Assembly (NCBI RefSeq): GCF_009914755.1
Contig: NC_060929.1
Direction: 5' to 3' (one strand)
Source of the DNA: the human T2T-CHM13v2.0 reference genome, Homo sapiens
Length of the DNA stretch: 64,000 nt
Shown: piece by piece, positions 59,947 through 64,000 of the stretch
How positions within the stretch are numbered: position 1 is the stretch's first letter
Layout of the letters: each line of letters opens with the position of its first letter
Position numbers and translations under genes: made by a program
Notes under the pieces: model-generated
Database searches by the model: none
What the model was told of the DNA's origin: nothing
Seen by the model: the letters and a program-made list of their open reading frames with translations, nothing else

Positions 59947-60451
59947 TGTAAGAGTTAAAGAAAGAGAGAGGAAACACAAAACGCAGCTTAACAGTCAAAG
60001 ACAGGTTTATTTTAGAGAGATAACCCTGAGAGGGGCTTCTGGCCAATTTCAGTCAGGAGCACTTTCTCTTGCAGACTAACAGTATATATTGGTTTTAGGG
60101 TGAGGGGGCTTATCACAAGCTTGGAGTGTTTCTGTGTGAAGGAGAAGTTTATGGTGGGGTTGGAATGTCTCTGGGTGGAGGGGAAGTTATCTTGGGGCTG
60201 ACATCTTTCCAGCCGGAGTGGGGTTATCTCAAGGCTGGCATCCTCCCAGCTGGTGGGGGGTTATCTTGGGGCTAGCATGTCTCTGGTCAGGGAGGAGTTT
60301 GGAATGTTTCTGATTGGAGAAGTTATTTGTGGTTTATGTTCATGCTGACCTTAGCCATTAGGCTGATGCCCTTTGGATTTAAGCGGTTTTTTATTAAGGT
60401 GAATTTTAAAATGAGGTGCTTGTCAACGATGGTTATGCTGCTACTCAGTCA
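59947..60451 (-). mobile_element. MER61-family ERV1 solo LTR
   Basis: TG...CA termini, 5-bp TSD ATGGC (59942-59946, 60452-60456); minus strand AAATCCAAAGGGCATCAGCCTAATGGCTAAGGTCAGCATG matches MER61. Confidence 0.82.
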
Positions 60452-61215
60452 ATGGCAAGGCATTTGGTTTCTGTAATGGAAAGCAGGAGACTTTTTTTTC
60501 TTTTTAATTACGTTGTTATGTGATAGAAGTCACAGAGTGAAAGAAAAGTATGAAATGTTGCCTTTCTATATACCCGACCTTCTGATAGGCTATATGTTTT
60601 AGGGACAGATAACTTCCTAATGAGACTTTTTATAATAAAGCTTTCATCGCTTCGAAAAATATTAACTTTTGTAGCTCTTCCGGGTACATCAAAAGGACCC
60701 TGCAGTTATAGTTACAATATCCTAAAGATTTAGCTTCTCAGTAATAATGGGTAAGAGCCTTAGCATTGCCATGGGCCAAAACTATATTATTTGAAATGAA
60801 ACCTCTCATAAATATCCAACTATGAAGTCACTATCTATCAACTGCTGTTATATAAACAGGACAGAGCTAAATCTCCCATCTGCCAATATCAGAGCTGCCA
60901 CAAATAATGATTTGGTGTCCAGTACTCACAAATTAAACAAGCTCTTGCTCTGTCAGCCAACTCTGGGAAGCCAAGTTTCATTTGGGCAGCCACAGTGTAG
61001 GAGGGTCCAAGTAAGGAGACCTGGTAGGGCCTGAATTCCTCATGCATTTCCCTTTTGCCAAAAGCTTAGACCTCCCTTAGCCCCAGTAGTTCTCTTCACT
61101 GGTATAAGATGTGATCAATTCTTTAGAAAGAACACTGGAGCAACCAGCGTCCACCTCCTACCCCCTTTTCCACAGCTTTCTCCACACCTTTGTGTCAGAG
61201 TCAAGCCCTGGACTT

Positions 61216-62388
<1,173 letters not shown>

Positions 62389-62488
62389 ATTTCCAGCACC
62401 AAACAGGAAACTGGTATCCCCTGAGCAGCTTCCCTGTGTTGCTCTCACTCTACTCTAAGTGAGCTCACACCTACCTGGTTCACTATAG

Positions 62489-63128
<640 letters not shown>

Positions 63129-63388
63129 TGTCCACTGTAGTTCTAGTCCATACCAGAAATGTGGATGGGACGTCAGTGGATCACATCTTGAGAAACTGCT
63201 GTAAACAGTGTGAAATCATCAGTAGAATTTACTTTTAAGGGCAGGGATTACCTATTATTAACCTTTTCATACATCTTATTTGAGGGCCTGGAACATGACA
63301 GTCACCTAATATATGTGTGATGATCTGAGCTCAAGCCAAGATTATCGTTTTCAAGCCTAAGATTTTTAAGTAGAGAAGTATCAGAGGC

Positions 63389-64000
<612 letters not shown>

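Noticed and set aside
60273-60282. p53 response element in MER61
   Set aside because: Only one imperfect half-site (AGACATGCTA on the minus strand); no adjacent second decamer.

Overview
Human genomic DNA (a human-specific AluYa5 is present) containing the complete GABRP gene (GABA-A receptor pi subunit, 5q35) on the + strand. It has one non-coding first exon (ends 17547) and nine coding exons that splice GT-AG, with consistent phases, into a 1323-nt CDS (440 aa; ATG 22289, TGA 45929), followed by a ~1.8-kb 3'UTR with AATAAA at 47688. The window opens in a minus-strand HERV-H provirus (5' LTR7, intact His PBS and splice donor, ACAAAAGA SOX motif) and ends in a cluster of ERV1 LTRs (MER61, MER4, MER41B). 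The rest is mostly Alu, L1, L2, MIR, MaLR and hAT repeats. The features that annotation does not explain are: two near-perfect long intronic hairpins (37-bp and 54-bp stems) embedded in ancient repeats, a 14-bp palindrome, a 97-bp dispersed duplication, a 54-bp VNTR, a twin-primed inverted L1, and a 5'UTR uORF in frame with the CDS and separated from it by a single TAA. No new protein-coding system is evident; nearly all other ORF-track entries are repeat-derived or chance ORFs. Repeat subfamily names come from recalled consensus sequences, not a RepeatMasker run.
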